Below are positions 41,139-50,155 of a stretch of DNA of 64,000 bases, piece after piece. Each line of letters starts with the position of its first letter. The stretch's first letter is position 1. Source of the DNA: Candidatus Chisholmbacteria bacterium RIFCSPHIGHO2_01_FULL_52_32 (lineage in GTDB: Bacteria; Patescibacteriota; Microgenomatia; UBA1400; Chisholmbacteraceae); assembly GCA_001816585.1 (NCBI GenBank), contig MHCJ01000003.1, forward strand, positions 778,681 to 842,680, given 5' to 3'. The translations under genes and the position numbers were made by a program. A model generated the notes under the pieces. The model saw only the letters and a program-made list of their open reading frames with translations. It did not search any database and had not been told where the DNA came from.

Positions 41139-41193
41139 GGGGATAATTGGGTCGAAGGTTCAGGGTTTAGGGAAAGGAAGAGAGACGATCACT

Positions 41194-43098
41194 TTATTCC
41201 TCTACCACCTCGCCCTCTTCGGCTTTGTCTTTTCCTTGTTCTTCTGGCTTCTGTTTCGAGCCTTCTTGCGGTTTGGCTGTCCCTTCTTCCTTCTTGGCTT
41301 GTTCGTACATGGCGGAGCCGATCTTCTGCAAGGCTTCGGAGAGCTCTTTGGCTGCAGAATCTACTTCATCTCCAGATGCATCCTCTTTGGCCAGAAGGTC
41401 TTTGACTTTCTTTATTTTTTCTTCAACGGCCGTTTTATCCTCTGCCTTTACCTTGTCACCGGCATCTTTAAGGGATTTTTCAGCGGTGAAGACGAGAGTA
41501 TCCGCTTGGTTGCGGGCTTCGGCCAGCCCTTTCTTCTTTTTGTCCTCTTCCGTGAACTTTTCCGCCTCCGCTTTCATCCGCTCGACTTCCTCATCCGTAA
41601 GCTGGGTGGCATTCTGAATGGTAATTTTCTGCTCCTTCCCCGTTGCCTTGTCTTTGGCCGAGACGTTGAGGATCCCGTTGGCATCAATATCGAACGTTAC
41701 TTCAATTTGAGGGACGCCACGAGGAGCAGGAGGAATGCCATCAAGAATGAAGCTCGCCAAGGATTTATTGTCCGCAGCCATGGGGCGTTCGCCTTGGACC
41801 ACATGCACCTCGACTTGGGTTTGATTATCTGCGGCCGTCGAGAAAATTTGAGATTTTTTGGTCGGAATAGTGGTGTTGCGCTCAATCAGGGGAGTTGCCA
41901 CACCTCCGAGGGTTTCGATTCCCAGGGTAAGTGGAGTCACATCCAAAAGTAAGACATCTTTGACGTCTCCAGCGAGTACCCCTCCTTGGATTGCAGCACC
42001 GACTGCCACGACTTCGTCTGGGTTCACTCCTCGGTGCGGTTCTTTTCCGAAGAAGTTCTTAACGAGCTCTTGGATTTTCGGCATCCGGGTCTGTCCGCCC
42101 ACCAAGATGACTTCATCGATGTCTTTGGGATCGAGTTTGGCATCCTTGAGGCAATTTTTGACCGGATTCATTGTTTTTTGAATGAGATCGTCCAAAAGCT
42201 GCTCAAGTTTGGCGCGGGTGAGTTTCATAGTCAGGTGAAGGGGGTTTCCATCCTTGGCCTGAGTGATGAATGGTTGGTTGATCTCGGTTTCTTGGCTTGA
42301 GGAGAGCTCGATTTTTGCCTTTTCCGCAGCGTCACGTAGCCGTTGTAATGCCTGTTTATCTTTCCTGAGATCAATCCCCTGCGCTTCCTTAAACTGGTCG
42401 GCAATCCAATCGACAATCCGTTTATCGAAATCATCTCCCCCCAAGAAGGTATCGCCGTTGGTGGCTTTGACCTCAAATACCCCGTCACCGATTTCAAGGA
42501 CAGAAATGTCGAATGTCCCTCCGCCCAAATCGTAGACAGCAATCGTTTCACCCTTCTTTTTTTCCAACCCGTAGGCGAGGGAGGCAGCGGTTGGCTCGTT
42601 GATAATCCGTTCAACCGTCAAACCTGCAATTTCCCCTGCCTGTTTGGTCGCTTGACGCTGAGCGTCGTCGAAGTAGGCAGGAACGGTGATGACCGCTCGA
42701 TCCACCGTACCCCCAAGATACGCTTCAGCATCGACCTTGGCTTTTTGGAGGATTTTGGCGGAGATTTCTTGGGGGGTGAAGGTTTTCTCTTCAACTTCCA
42801 CCACCGCCATGCTGTCCTTGCCCGATTTTACCTGGTAGGGAACCATATCTATCGTCTTTTTGACCATTTCGTCGGAGAAGCGGCGTCCCATGAGGCGTTT
42901 GATGCTATAAATTGTGTTTTCGGGATTTAAAATCATCTGTCGTTTGGCAACATCGCCGACGAGATTCTTGGTCGGTTCCACAACCGAAGGAATGAGGTTT
43001 CTTCCTTCTGCAGTTGGAATTACTTTTGGCTTCCCTGCCTCCATCACCGCCACCACGGAATTTGTGGTTCCGAGATCAATACCGATTATTTTTGCCAT
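41194..43098 (-). CDS. dnaK: Chaperone DnaK
   Basis: [40 protein letters not shown]. Confidence 0.99.
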   Translation of the reverse strand: MAKIIGIDLGTTNSVVAVMEAGKPKVIPTAEGRNLIPSVVEPTKNLVGDVAKRQMILNPENTIYSIKRLMGRRFSDEMVKKTIDMVPYQVKSGKDSMAVVEVEEKTFTPQEISAKILQKAKVDAEAYLGGTVDRAVITVPAYFDDAQRQATKQAGEIAGLTVERIINEPTAASLAYGLEKKKGETIAVYDLGGGTFDISVLEIGDGVFEVKATNGDTFLGGDDFDKRIVDWIADQFKEAQGIDLRKDKQALQRLRDAAEKAKIELSSSQETEINQPFITQAKDGNPLHLTMKLTRAKLEQLLDDLIQKTMNPVKNCLKDAKLDPKDIDEVILVGGQTRMPKIQELVKNFFGKEPHRGVNPDEVVAVGAAIQGGVLAGDVKDVLLLDVTPLTLGIETLGGVATPLIERNTTIPTKKSQIFSTAADNQTQVEVHVVQGERPMAADNKSLASFILDGIPPAPRGVPQIEVTFDIDANGILNVSAKDKATGKEQKITIQNATQLTDEEVERMKAEAEKFTEEDKKKKGLAEARNQADTLVFTAEKSLKDAGDKVKAEDKTAVEEKIKKVKDLLAKEDASGDEVDSAAKELSEALQKIGSAMYEQAKKEEGTAKPQEGSKQKPEEQGKDKAEEGEVVEE

Positions 43099-43122
43099 AT
43101 CGTTTTCCTCCTCCTTTTTTCT

Positions 43123-43584
43123 CTAATTGCTAGGTGCCTGGTCTCCTTTTCCGACGTTGACCTTCGCTGGTCTCAGAACGTGGTCGTTTATGATATAGCC
43201 TTTGGTCACTACCTTCACTACTTTGTTCTTTGGGCCCTCTTCCATTTCGAGACACTCCATCGTTTTTGGATCAAATTCCTTGCCTTCGACAGACATCTCC
43301 TTCGCCCCTTCCGATTCGATCACCTGGCGAAAGCGGGTAAGTACCAGCGCCAGTCCCTGATCGTTCAGGTGAAGGCTTGCCCTTTCTAAATCGTCCAACA
43401 CACTAAGAAATTTGTCAATGATTGTTACTCTCGCGAGATCAACGAAGGCTGCTCTTTCATCTTTTACCCGTTTTTCAAGGTTATGATAATCTGCGAGCGC
43501 TCGTTTCCAATTTTCTTCCAACTCTTTTATCTTCTTTGTCAATTCGTGGACATCCCTTCCGTTTGGTTGAATTTTTTTTCCCAT
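43123..43584 (-). CDS. grpE: Nucleotide exchange factor GrpE
   Basis: RALADYHN, FDP, KGY...VLRPAKV. Confidence 0.96.
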   Translation of the reverse strand: MGKKIQPNGRDVHELTKKIKELEENWKRALADYHNLEKRVKDERAAFVDLARVTIIDKFLSVLDDLERASLHLNDQGLALVLTRFRQVIESEGAKEMSVEGKEFDPKTMECLEMEEGPKNKVVKVVTKGYIINDHVLRPAKVNVGKGDQAPSN

Positions 43585-43650
43585 GCCTTTTTCCTCCGGT
43601 TTTCCTCTTTAATAGAAAACCTTGCTTCCTGATTCGTTTGACGTTACTCT

Positions 43651-44379
43651 CTACTGCCAGTCTTGGGCGATTTCGTTTAAGAGGTTACCGAAGTACCTCA
43701 CCATGGGAACAATATAGGGGTAATTCAGTCTGGCAGGTCCAATTACCCCGAGTGAACCATTCCGCGGACCCATTTTCAAATCGGTAAATACCAAACCGAC
43801 TGGCTCAAAGTATCGGCTCCCTAGCTCCTCGCCAACCAAGATATGCACCGCTTCCTCGCCGGTTGCCTTTTTAAATACCTCAAGCAATGCCTGGCTTTCT
43901 TCCAGGAGCGATAACACTGAGCGGGTAACATCGATGTCGAAAAATTCAGGCATCTCAAGGATATGTGTATATCCGGCATGATAGACCCGGTTATCATCGG
44001 TTACCGCGATTGAAAGGGCACTGGTCCGCTCCGCAAGACATCGTGTCGCTTCTCGCAGGAGCTTCTCTACCTCGAAACGATGGTCCCATACCCTTTCCTT
44101 AACCGCCACTTCTTCGGAAACTGAGAGCTCTTTTTCCTTCATCAGCTCTCGAATGTACATCTTGATCGCTTGGGGCGTTGGGATGCGACCGGCTGAGGTA
44201 TGCGGCTGTTTCAAGAGCCCGATCTTGGTGAGTTGCACCATCTCGTTTCGGATTGTTGCTGGAGATACGCCGAGGTTGTACTTCTTGTCCAGAGTTTCTG
44301 AACCCACCGGCTCTGCCGTTTCGGTGAACTCCTCTACGACACACTTTAAGATTTGGATCTGACGTTCTGAAAGATCCAT
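43651..44379 (-). CDS. hrcA: Heat-inducible repressor HrcA (compact form)
   Basis: EPVGS, VSPATIRNEM, QPHTSAGRIPT, LGVIGPARLNY. Confidence 0.96.
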   Translation of the reverse strand: MDLSERQIQILKCVVEEFTETAEPVGSETLDKKYNLGVSPATIRNEMVQLTKIGLLKQPHTSAGRIPTPQAIKMYIRELMKEKELSVSEEVAVKERVWDHRFEVEKLLREATRCLAERTSALSIAVTDDNRVYHAGYTHILEMPEFFDIDVTRSVLSLLEESQALLEVFKKATGEEAVHILVGEELGSRYFEPVGLVFTDLKMGPRNGSLGVIGPARLNYPYIVPMVRYFGNLLNEIAQDWQ

Positions 44380-44413
44380 ATGTTTTCTCTTTCTGGGCAA
44401 TGATTTTCTCTTA

Positions 44414-44440
44414 TTGGCACTACCATATCATGACTGCTAA
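44414..44440. promoter_or_regulatory. CIRCE operator (HrcA binding site)
   Basis: Minus strand TTAGCAGTC-N9-TAGTGCCAA versus consensus TTAGCACTC-N9-GAGTGCTAA; upstream of hrcA. Confidence 0.88.
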
Positions 44441-44450
44441 TCATTGTCAA
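44422..44450 (-). promoter_or_regulatory. Sigma70 promoter of hrcA-grpE-dnaK-dnaJ, overlapping CIRCE
   Basis: TTGACA-17 bp-TATGGT with extended TG. Confidence 0.75.
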
Positions 44451-44495
44451 CTCTTTCCTCATATTAAAAGCGTTGGCTATCGTTTGATGAGCCTG

Positions 44496-46346
44496 TTACC
44501 CTTTCATCATTTTTACGAATACTTCTTCAGGGATCGTCACTCTGCCAATTCTGGCAAGCTCCTTTTTTCCCTTTTTCTGCTTTTTCAGTAATTTATCCTT
44601 CCTGGTTTGATCGCCCCCGTAAAGCTTGGCGGTGACGTCCTTGCGGGCGGCTGGTTTGGTTTCTCTGGCGATAACCTGCCCTCCTATGCTGGCTTGGATG
44701 GGAACGGCGAACTGCTGTCTTGGGAGGAGTTCCTTGAGTTTTTCAACAAGGTCCCGGGCGACCGCAAGAGCTTTTTCTCGCACCACGAGGCGACTTAAGG
44801 CATCCACTTCTTTGTAATTCACCAATACCGCGAGGTACACCGCATCAACCGGTTCATATCCAACATGTTGATAATCCAGCGATGCATATCCTTGGCTTCT
44901 GGATTTTGTTTCATCGACGAATCCATCAACAAGTTCGATAAAGGGAAGTCTATAGATGATTTTGACCTGCTCTGAAAAATACTGGGTGGTTTGGTATGTG
45001 CCTCTCTTTTCTTCACAGAGTTGCATAAGGGGGCCAACGTATTGGCGGGGGGTGAATATGTTTACCTCCACCATGGGTTCTTTGATCTCTCGTATCTCGG
45101 AAGGATCCGGCAGCTCTGAAGGATGGTGGACCTTTATTCTTTCTCCATTTCTCTTTTCCACCACGTATTCCACGGTCGGTTTGGTAGGAATCGTCGTTAT
45201 CCCTTGTTCCCTTTTTAGTCGTTCTCTCGTGATTTCGCCATGGAAGATTCCCAAGAACCCACACCTTAAGCCGCTGCCTAACGTCGGTTGGTAGATTGTC
45301 GTCAACGTCAGCGAAGCATCTGAGAGCTTGAGTTTTTGCGCGGCTACTTTCAATTCTTCAAAGGTCGTCTTTCCTTCTGGAAAAAGGTCCACAAAAACCA
45401 CTGGATTGGGAGTCCTGAATCCCGGGAGAGCCGGGGGGATTGACCCTTTGTCTCTCAACCTTTGGGTGATTGTATCGCCAATTTTCAACGCCTGGATATC
45501 TTTCAAACCTGTTGCGATGTATCCGACTTCTCCTGCGTATAGCGTGACCACCGGTGTCCGTTGCGGAGAAAAGACTCCGACTTCCTTCACTTCAATCTCT
45601 TCCCCGCTGGCGCTCAAATGTACCTTGTGACTTACTCCAATCGTCCCATCGACAACCCTGACAAATGCAACAACTCCAAGATGCTCATCATAGTTTGAGT
45701 TGAATACCAGGGCGCGCAAAGGCCCTCTTGCCACTCCTTGAGGGGGTGGGATTTCTTTCACCAGGCGGTGAAGGAGTCCATCGATTCCATCGCCCGTCTT
45801 TGCGGAAATGTGAGATACTTCTTCCTCTCTAATCCCAAAGACTTCTTTGAGTTCTCTCAATATCTCGTCTATTCGTGCGGACCCAAGGTCAATTTTATTG
45901 AGCGTCGGGATCAAGGTTAAACCGAGGTCCATCGCTTCCCTGGCATGTGCGAGTGTTTGTGCCTGTATCCCTTGTGTGGCGTCAACTAAGAGGATTGTTC
46001 CTTCGCAGGCTGCGAGCGATCGAGATACCTCGTAGGAAAAATCTACGTGGCCGGGGGTATCGATCAAGTTTAAAGTGCAGAGTTCAAAGTTAAAAATTTC
46101 TTTAAGATTGTCAGGCAACTTGTATGACATGCGGACGGGAGCGAGTTTGATGGTGATTCCGCGCTCCTTTTCAATGGGGTTGCTGTCGAGGAGGCGCTCC
46201 TTTTGTTCTTTTGGGGCGACTGTTTTTGTGTATTCAAGGAGGCGGTCGGTTAAGGTGGTTTTTCCATGATCGATGTGGGCAATAATGGCGAAGTTCCGCA
46301 TGCTCCCTTGTTCGTGGTCTTGGTGAACTGCCATTATATTCATCAA
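44496..46346 (-). CDS. lepA: Elongation factor 4 / LepA (start uncertain)
   Basis: [42 protein letters not shown]. Confidence 0.97.
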   Translation of the reverse strand: MMNIMAVHQDHEQGSMRNFAIIAHIDHGKTTLTDRLLEYTKTVAPKEQKERLLDSNPIEKERGITIKLAPVRMSYKLPDNLKEIFNFELCTLNLIDTPGHVDFSYEVSRSLAACEGTILLVDATQGIQAQTLAHAREAMDLGLTLIPTLNKIDLGSARIDEILRELKEVFGIREEEVSHISAKTGDGIDGLLHRLVKEIPPPQGVARGPLRALVFNSNYDEHLGVVAFVRVVDGTIGVSHKVHLSASGEEIEVKEVGVFSPQRTPVVTLYAGEVGYIATGLKDIQALKIGDTITQRLRDKGSIPPALPGFRTPNPVVFVDLFPEGKTTFEELKVAAQKLKLSDASLTLTTIYQPTLGSGLRCGFLGIFHGEITRERLKREQGITTIPTKPTVEYVVEKRNGERIKVHHPSELPDPSEIREIKEPMVEVNIFTPRQYVGPLMQLCEEKRGTYQTTQYFSEQVKIIYRLPFIELVDGFVDETKSRSQGYASLDYQHVGYEPVDAVYLAVLVNYKEVDALSRLVVREKALAVARDLVEKLKELLPRQQFAVPIQASIGGQVIARETKPAARKDVTAKLYGGDQTRKDKLLKKQKKGKKELARIGRVTIPEEVFVKMMKG

Positions 46347-46394
46347 TGGTTTTTTACCTGTCTTTATTCTTTCCTTGTGGGTGGCTTCGGAGAG

Positions 46395-48062
46395 TTAGCT
46401 TGTCGATTCTTCAATCCCAGGCGTTTCCAAGACTTCTTCCGATTTTTTCAGAATCTCTTTCCAATTTCCGATTCGACGCCCTAAGGCAATCACCTCCGTC
46501 AATTGCTCTAGATGAAGTACTGCCGAGAGGTTCAAGTACACCAGCACCCCTATCGCTACAACGCTTGTGGTTAAGATGATGAGGTTTATGGTTTTTGTGG
46601 TATCTAAGATGAAGCTATCAATGAGGCGCATTGGAAGCCAAAGGAAAACGCCGGTGACCATGGTTGCTACGATCATTTTTCCCATCGGAAAAAGGAATGA
46701 AGGAGTCATCACTTTCACCTTTCGATTCAGAAGGATCAGCAGAGAAATTGCTTGGAGAAGACTCGCTAGGCTCAGTGCAAGGGCTAAACCGACGACGCCA
46801 AAACCCATGACTCTTGTTAATACAATGCTTAGGATAGCGGTCGTTATGGCGCTTATCGTTCCCGTTGCGAGAGGCGTTTTGGTGTCGTGGGTTGCATAAA
46901 AAGCACGGGTGAGGACACCCACAATACTTTGGGTTGGGATAGAAATAGAAAGCAGTGCCACAGTTTTCCCGGTTAGGAGCGTGGCTTCCCATGGGAAATT
47001 GCGGGCACCAAATGCAATACGTACGACCGGAACTCGAAGGATGAGCAGGATCACTGCGGCAGGGAGCGAGAGGTAAAGCACCTGGAGTAGCGATGATTGA
47101 ACGGTCTTCTGGAACTCCTCTCTCTTCTCGGAAGCAATCTCGGCACTCAAGGTTGGGAACGATGCTTGGCCGATTGCGGTTCCGAATAGGGTGACAGGCA
47201 AAAGGTAGAGCTGCCTGGCAAAATTAAAAATCGTTAAGGATCCCGCATGGAGAGCCGTGGCAATAAAGACGGCGATAAAGCGCTCCGCTTGCCCGATGAC
47301 GAGGGTAAGGGATCTGGGCGGCATGAGTTTTCTGATCTCTTGGACTCCTGGATGACGAAAATCAAGACTGAACCGGTAGCGGAATCCTAATTTTCTTGCT
47401 AGAGGAATCTGGATTACCAAGTGCAAGAATGAGCCAATCACCACTCCGATGGCCGCCCCAAAGATTCCCATTGAAGGCGTTAATACTATAATACCGGTGA
47501 TTATTCCGAAGTTATAGGCGATTGGCGCGAGGGCAGGAATCAAAAATCGTTGATGCGATTGGATGACCGCTGTCAAAAAACCTGAGAGAGTAAAAAAGAT
47601 CTGGGCAATAAGCATTATGCGTAACAGCTGTGAGAGAAGTACGGTTTTATCTGGTTCAAGGGATGGTGCAATGAGAAAAGCGAAGTGTTTACTTGCCAAA
47701 AAAATGATTGTTATGAAGACAAGAAAGGCGATGGTTATGACCGTGATTGCTGCGGAGGCAAGACGAGAGGCTGCTTCCTCCCCCTTCTTCAATTCATGCG
47801 AGAACACTGGAATAAAGGCAGCGGAGAGAGCGCCGATAACCAACAACTGAAATAGCGTATCGGGAATGACAAATGCGGCGAAGTAGACATCCAGTTCTGC
47901 CTCGCGTCCACTAAAGAAGGTGGCTGCTAGCAAGCGGTTGCGCACCAATCCCAGAAGACCAGAAGCGGCATAAGCCACCATAATGACAAATGCGGCTGAA
48001 AGAATATTTGTCTGTCGTCGCAACAACAACAAGCGACCGTTTCTGAAAAAATTCGTTACCAT
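46395..48062 (-). CDS. murJ: Lipid II flippase MurJ/MviN
   Basis: LGLVRNRLLA, YFAAFVIPD, GALSAAFIPVF, RAFYATHDTKTP; multiple TM helices. Confidence 0.95.
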   Translation of the reverse strand: MVTNFFRNGRLLLLRRQTNILSAAFVIMVAYAASGLLGLVRNRLLAATFFSGREAELDVYFAAFVIPDTLFQLLVIGALSAAFIPVFSHELKKGEEAASRLASAAITVITIAFLVFITIIFLASKHFAFLIAPSLEPDKTVLLSQLLRIMLIAQIFFTLSGFLTAVIQSHQRFLIPALAPIAYNFGIITGIIVLTPSMGIFGAAIGVVIGSFLHLVIQIPLARKLGFRYRFSLDFRHPGVQEIRKLMPPRSLTLVIGQAERFIAVFIATALHAGSLTIFNFARQLYLLPVTLFGTAIGQASFPTLSAEIASEKREEFQKTVQSSLLQVLYLSLPAAVILLILRVPVVRIAFGARNFPWEATLLTGKTVALLSISIPTQSIVGVLTRAFYATHDTKTPLATGTISAITTAILSIVLTRVMGFGVVGLALALSLASLLQAISLLILLNRKVKVMTPSFLFPMGKMIVATMVTGVFLWLPMRLIDSFILDTTKTINLIILTTSVVAIGVLVYLNLSAVLHLEQLTEVIALGRRIGNWKEILKKSEEVLETPGIEESTS

Positions 48063-48073
48063 CGATTGTGTGC

Positions 48074-48118
48074 AGTATACCGCTTTGCTCTTGAGATTTG
48101 AAGGATGCGTGATACAAT
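48074..48118. promoter_or_regulatory. Overlapping divergent promoters for murJ (-) and rpsT (+)
   Basis: Minus: TTCAAA-17-TATACT; plus: TTGAGA-16-TACAAT with extended TG. Confidence 0.55.
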
Positions 48119-48205
48119 AGGGAAATTACAAATTTCAATTACAGCCACTTGCACGCTGGTTTAAGCGGGCAGGTAAATTACACATCGTTAGAATATTGAG
48201 GTTTT

Positions 48206-48448
48206 ATGCCAGTTCTCCCATCCGCAAAAAGAGCCCTTCGACGAGACCGTCGGCGAGCGGCAGTCAATCGTCCGATTCACTCAAAAATGAAGCGGCTTCG
48301 GCTCCAAGCCATGGAAGACCGAACACCAGAGCTTTTGGCTGCGGCATTTTCGGCAATTGATCGAGCTGCCAAAAAGCACGTCATCCATAAACACGCCGGG
48401 GCTCGTCTTAAATCGCGCCTTTCCTTGTCTCTCCATCGTAAAGGCTAA
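48206..48448 (+). CDS. rpsT: 30S ribosomal protein S20
   Basis: SAKRALR, IDRAAKKHVIHKHAGARLKSRL. Confidence 0.95.
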   Translation: MPVLPSAKRALRRDRRRAAVNRPIHSKMKRLRLQAMEDRTPELLAAAFSAIDRAAKKHVIHKHAGARLKSRLSLSLHRKG

Positions 48449-48464
48449 TCCGTTTCTTTCTCCT

Positions 48465-48493
48465 TTGACAAGGCTCAAAGTACTCCATATACT
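48465..48493 (+). promoter_or_regulatory. Sigma70 promoter for the pilN/pilO-like genes
   Basis: TTGACA-17 bp-TATACT. Confidence 0.8.
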
Positions 48494-48505
48494 TAAGGAA
48501 CTATC

Positions 48506-49102
48506 ATGGCTGCCCGAAAGCCAACCATTGATCTTCTTTCCCGCGAAGATTTATCTCAACGGCCGGTTGGTCGTTTGCTTCTGTGGATTTTAACTGTCGG
48601 GCGTTACATCGTTATTTTCTCAGAACTCGTAGTCATTTCTGGATTTATCATCCGTGTTATTCTTGATCGAAATCTCAATTCCATCAATGAAGATCTCCTT
48701 CGACAAAAAGCCATCCTCGCTTCTTATCTTCCAACCGAGCAACGCGTTCGCCGCGCAGCTCAGCAATTTGCGACCATCTCACGGATTGAACAGGAGCAGC
48801 AAGATCTCGGGAAGCTCCTCGAAAAGATCGGCCAAGTTTCCCCAAAGGATCTCAGGTTCTCCAATCTCTCCCTTGACCCTCGTACCATGGAGATCTCTGC
48901 TGTCGCACTATCTCCTTCGGGGTTTTCGACGTTTTTGGGGAACCTCCAGGCTGACCCAGGTATCGGCGATCTGATTCTTCAATCTGTCGAATCCGGCACA
49001 GCTCAAGATCCCGGTATCCATTTTCGTTTGACCGTTGAATTTGTGGGAGCACCATCATTACTTCAAACCCAACCGCCTCCCACTGAAGAGGAGCAGCTTT
49101 AG
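48506..49102 (+). CDS. PilN-like type IV pilus alignment protein
   Basis: N-terminal IDLL (INLL-like PilM-binding motif), TM helix, coiled coil, ferredoxin-like C-domain. Confidence 0.75.
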   Translation: MAARKPTIDLLSREDLSQRPVGRLLLWILTVGRYIVIFSELVVISGFIIRVILDRNLNSINEDLLRQKAILASYLPTEQRVRRAAQQFATISRIEQEQQDLGKLLEKIGQVSPKDLRFSNLSLDPRTMEISAVALSPSGFSTFLGNLQADPGIGDLILQSVESGTAQDPGIHFRLTVEFVGAPSLLQTQPPPTEEEQL

Positions 49103-49114
49103 CAAAAACCCTTT

Positions 49115-49765
49115 ATGTCTTTTCCGTACGAAGAAAATTTTCGCCGCTATGGTCGCTACTATCGGACCGCACGAAAGTATGCCCAACGCCCAGAAGTTCT
49201 GATTTCCACAAGTTTTATCCTTGCTCTTTTCACCATCTCGTTTTTTGCTATCGTGGCGATCAGACCGACGGCCATTACCATCGCTAAACTCTGGAGAGAG
49301 ATTCAAGAGAAGAAAACCATCCAAGCCACGCTGGCGCAGAAGATCGCGAAACTTGAGGAGGCACAATCCACCTATTCTGCTCTTGAGGAAGACCTGGCGC
49401 TTCTCGATCGTGCACTTCCCGAAACTCCGGAGTTTTCCCGGCTGGTACGGGAAATGGAATATCTGTCTTTGACCCAAGGGCTCCAAATCGATGCAGGCCG
49501 CTATGAAACCCTTGAGCTTTGGGTCAGAGAAGCCAGTGCTTCTACGGAAATTGGAACGCATCCGTTCACGTTAGTCCTCCGCGGAACCTATCCTAAACTT
49601 CGCTCTTTTGTTTCGGATTTGGAACGACTAGACCGGCTGCTTTCTATTGGTATGGTGACAATGCAACCATCCCAAAAGCAAGACCAGCCTGGAATCTACG
49701 ACTTAACGCTGACTGCAAATATTCGTGCTTTTTCATTTCCTAGCGGCCTCGATCTTGAACGCTAA
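49115..49765 (+). CDS. PilO-like type IV pilus alignment protein
   Basis: TM helix, coiled coil, ALPETP, GTYPKLRSFVSDLERLDRLL pattern. Confidence 0.8.
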   Translation: MSFPYEENFRRYGRYYRTARKYAQRPEVLISTSFILALFTISFFAIVAIRPTAITIAKLWREIQEKKTIQATLAQKIAKLEEAQSTYSALEEDLALLDRALPETPEFSRLVREMEYLSLTQGLQIDAGRYETLELWVREASASTEIGTHPFTLVLRGTYPKLRSFVSDLERLDRLLSIGMVTMQPSQKQDQPGIYDLTLTANIRAFSFPSGLDLER

Positions 49766-49770
49766 CGATT

Positions 49771-50091
49771 ATGCCATCATCAGAACGATTGAAACGACAA
49801 CTCCTTGAATTTGGAATCCTGACTTTAATCACGGTCATCGCGTGGATTGGGTATGGCGTGTACTCCGTCCTCACACAACCTGTTCGCACCAATGTGAGTA
49901 ATGAGGAACTTCGTCCGTTGCCTCCACTTCTCACAACGGATCAAGTGGGCATTCTTCGGAACCGACTTAGCGTTGGCGATGATGTTCTTGAACAGTTTTC
50001 CCTTTCCCCTTCGGAAATTCCCAGCCCGGTCACTCTCCCCATTCCTCCCCCAACTTCTGCTTCACCTTCTGGTTTGCCATCGACACCTTAG
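49771..50091 (+). CDS. Small single-TM protein with Pro/Ser-rich tail (PilP-position gene)
   Basis: N-terminal TM helix; 5 nt after the pilO-like gene. Confidence 0.65.
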   Translation: MPSSERLKRQLLEFGILTLITVIAWIGYGVYSVLTQPVRTNVSNEELRPLPPLLTTDQVGILRNRLSVGDDVLEQFSLSPSEIPSPVTLPIPPPTSASPSGLPSTP

Positions 50092-50155
50092 TCTCTCTCT
50101 TTAAGTAAGTTAGGGTTGAGAAGCACTGGGATTTAGTGCTAGGATGGAATAACCC

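Noticed and set aside
41128-41952. 274-aa plus-strand ORF antisense to dnaK
   Set aside because: Long antisense ORFs are a familiar by-product of dnaK codon usage; no recognisable motifs or expression signals.
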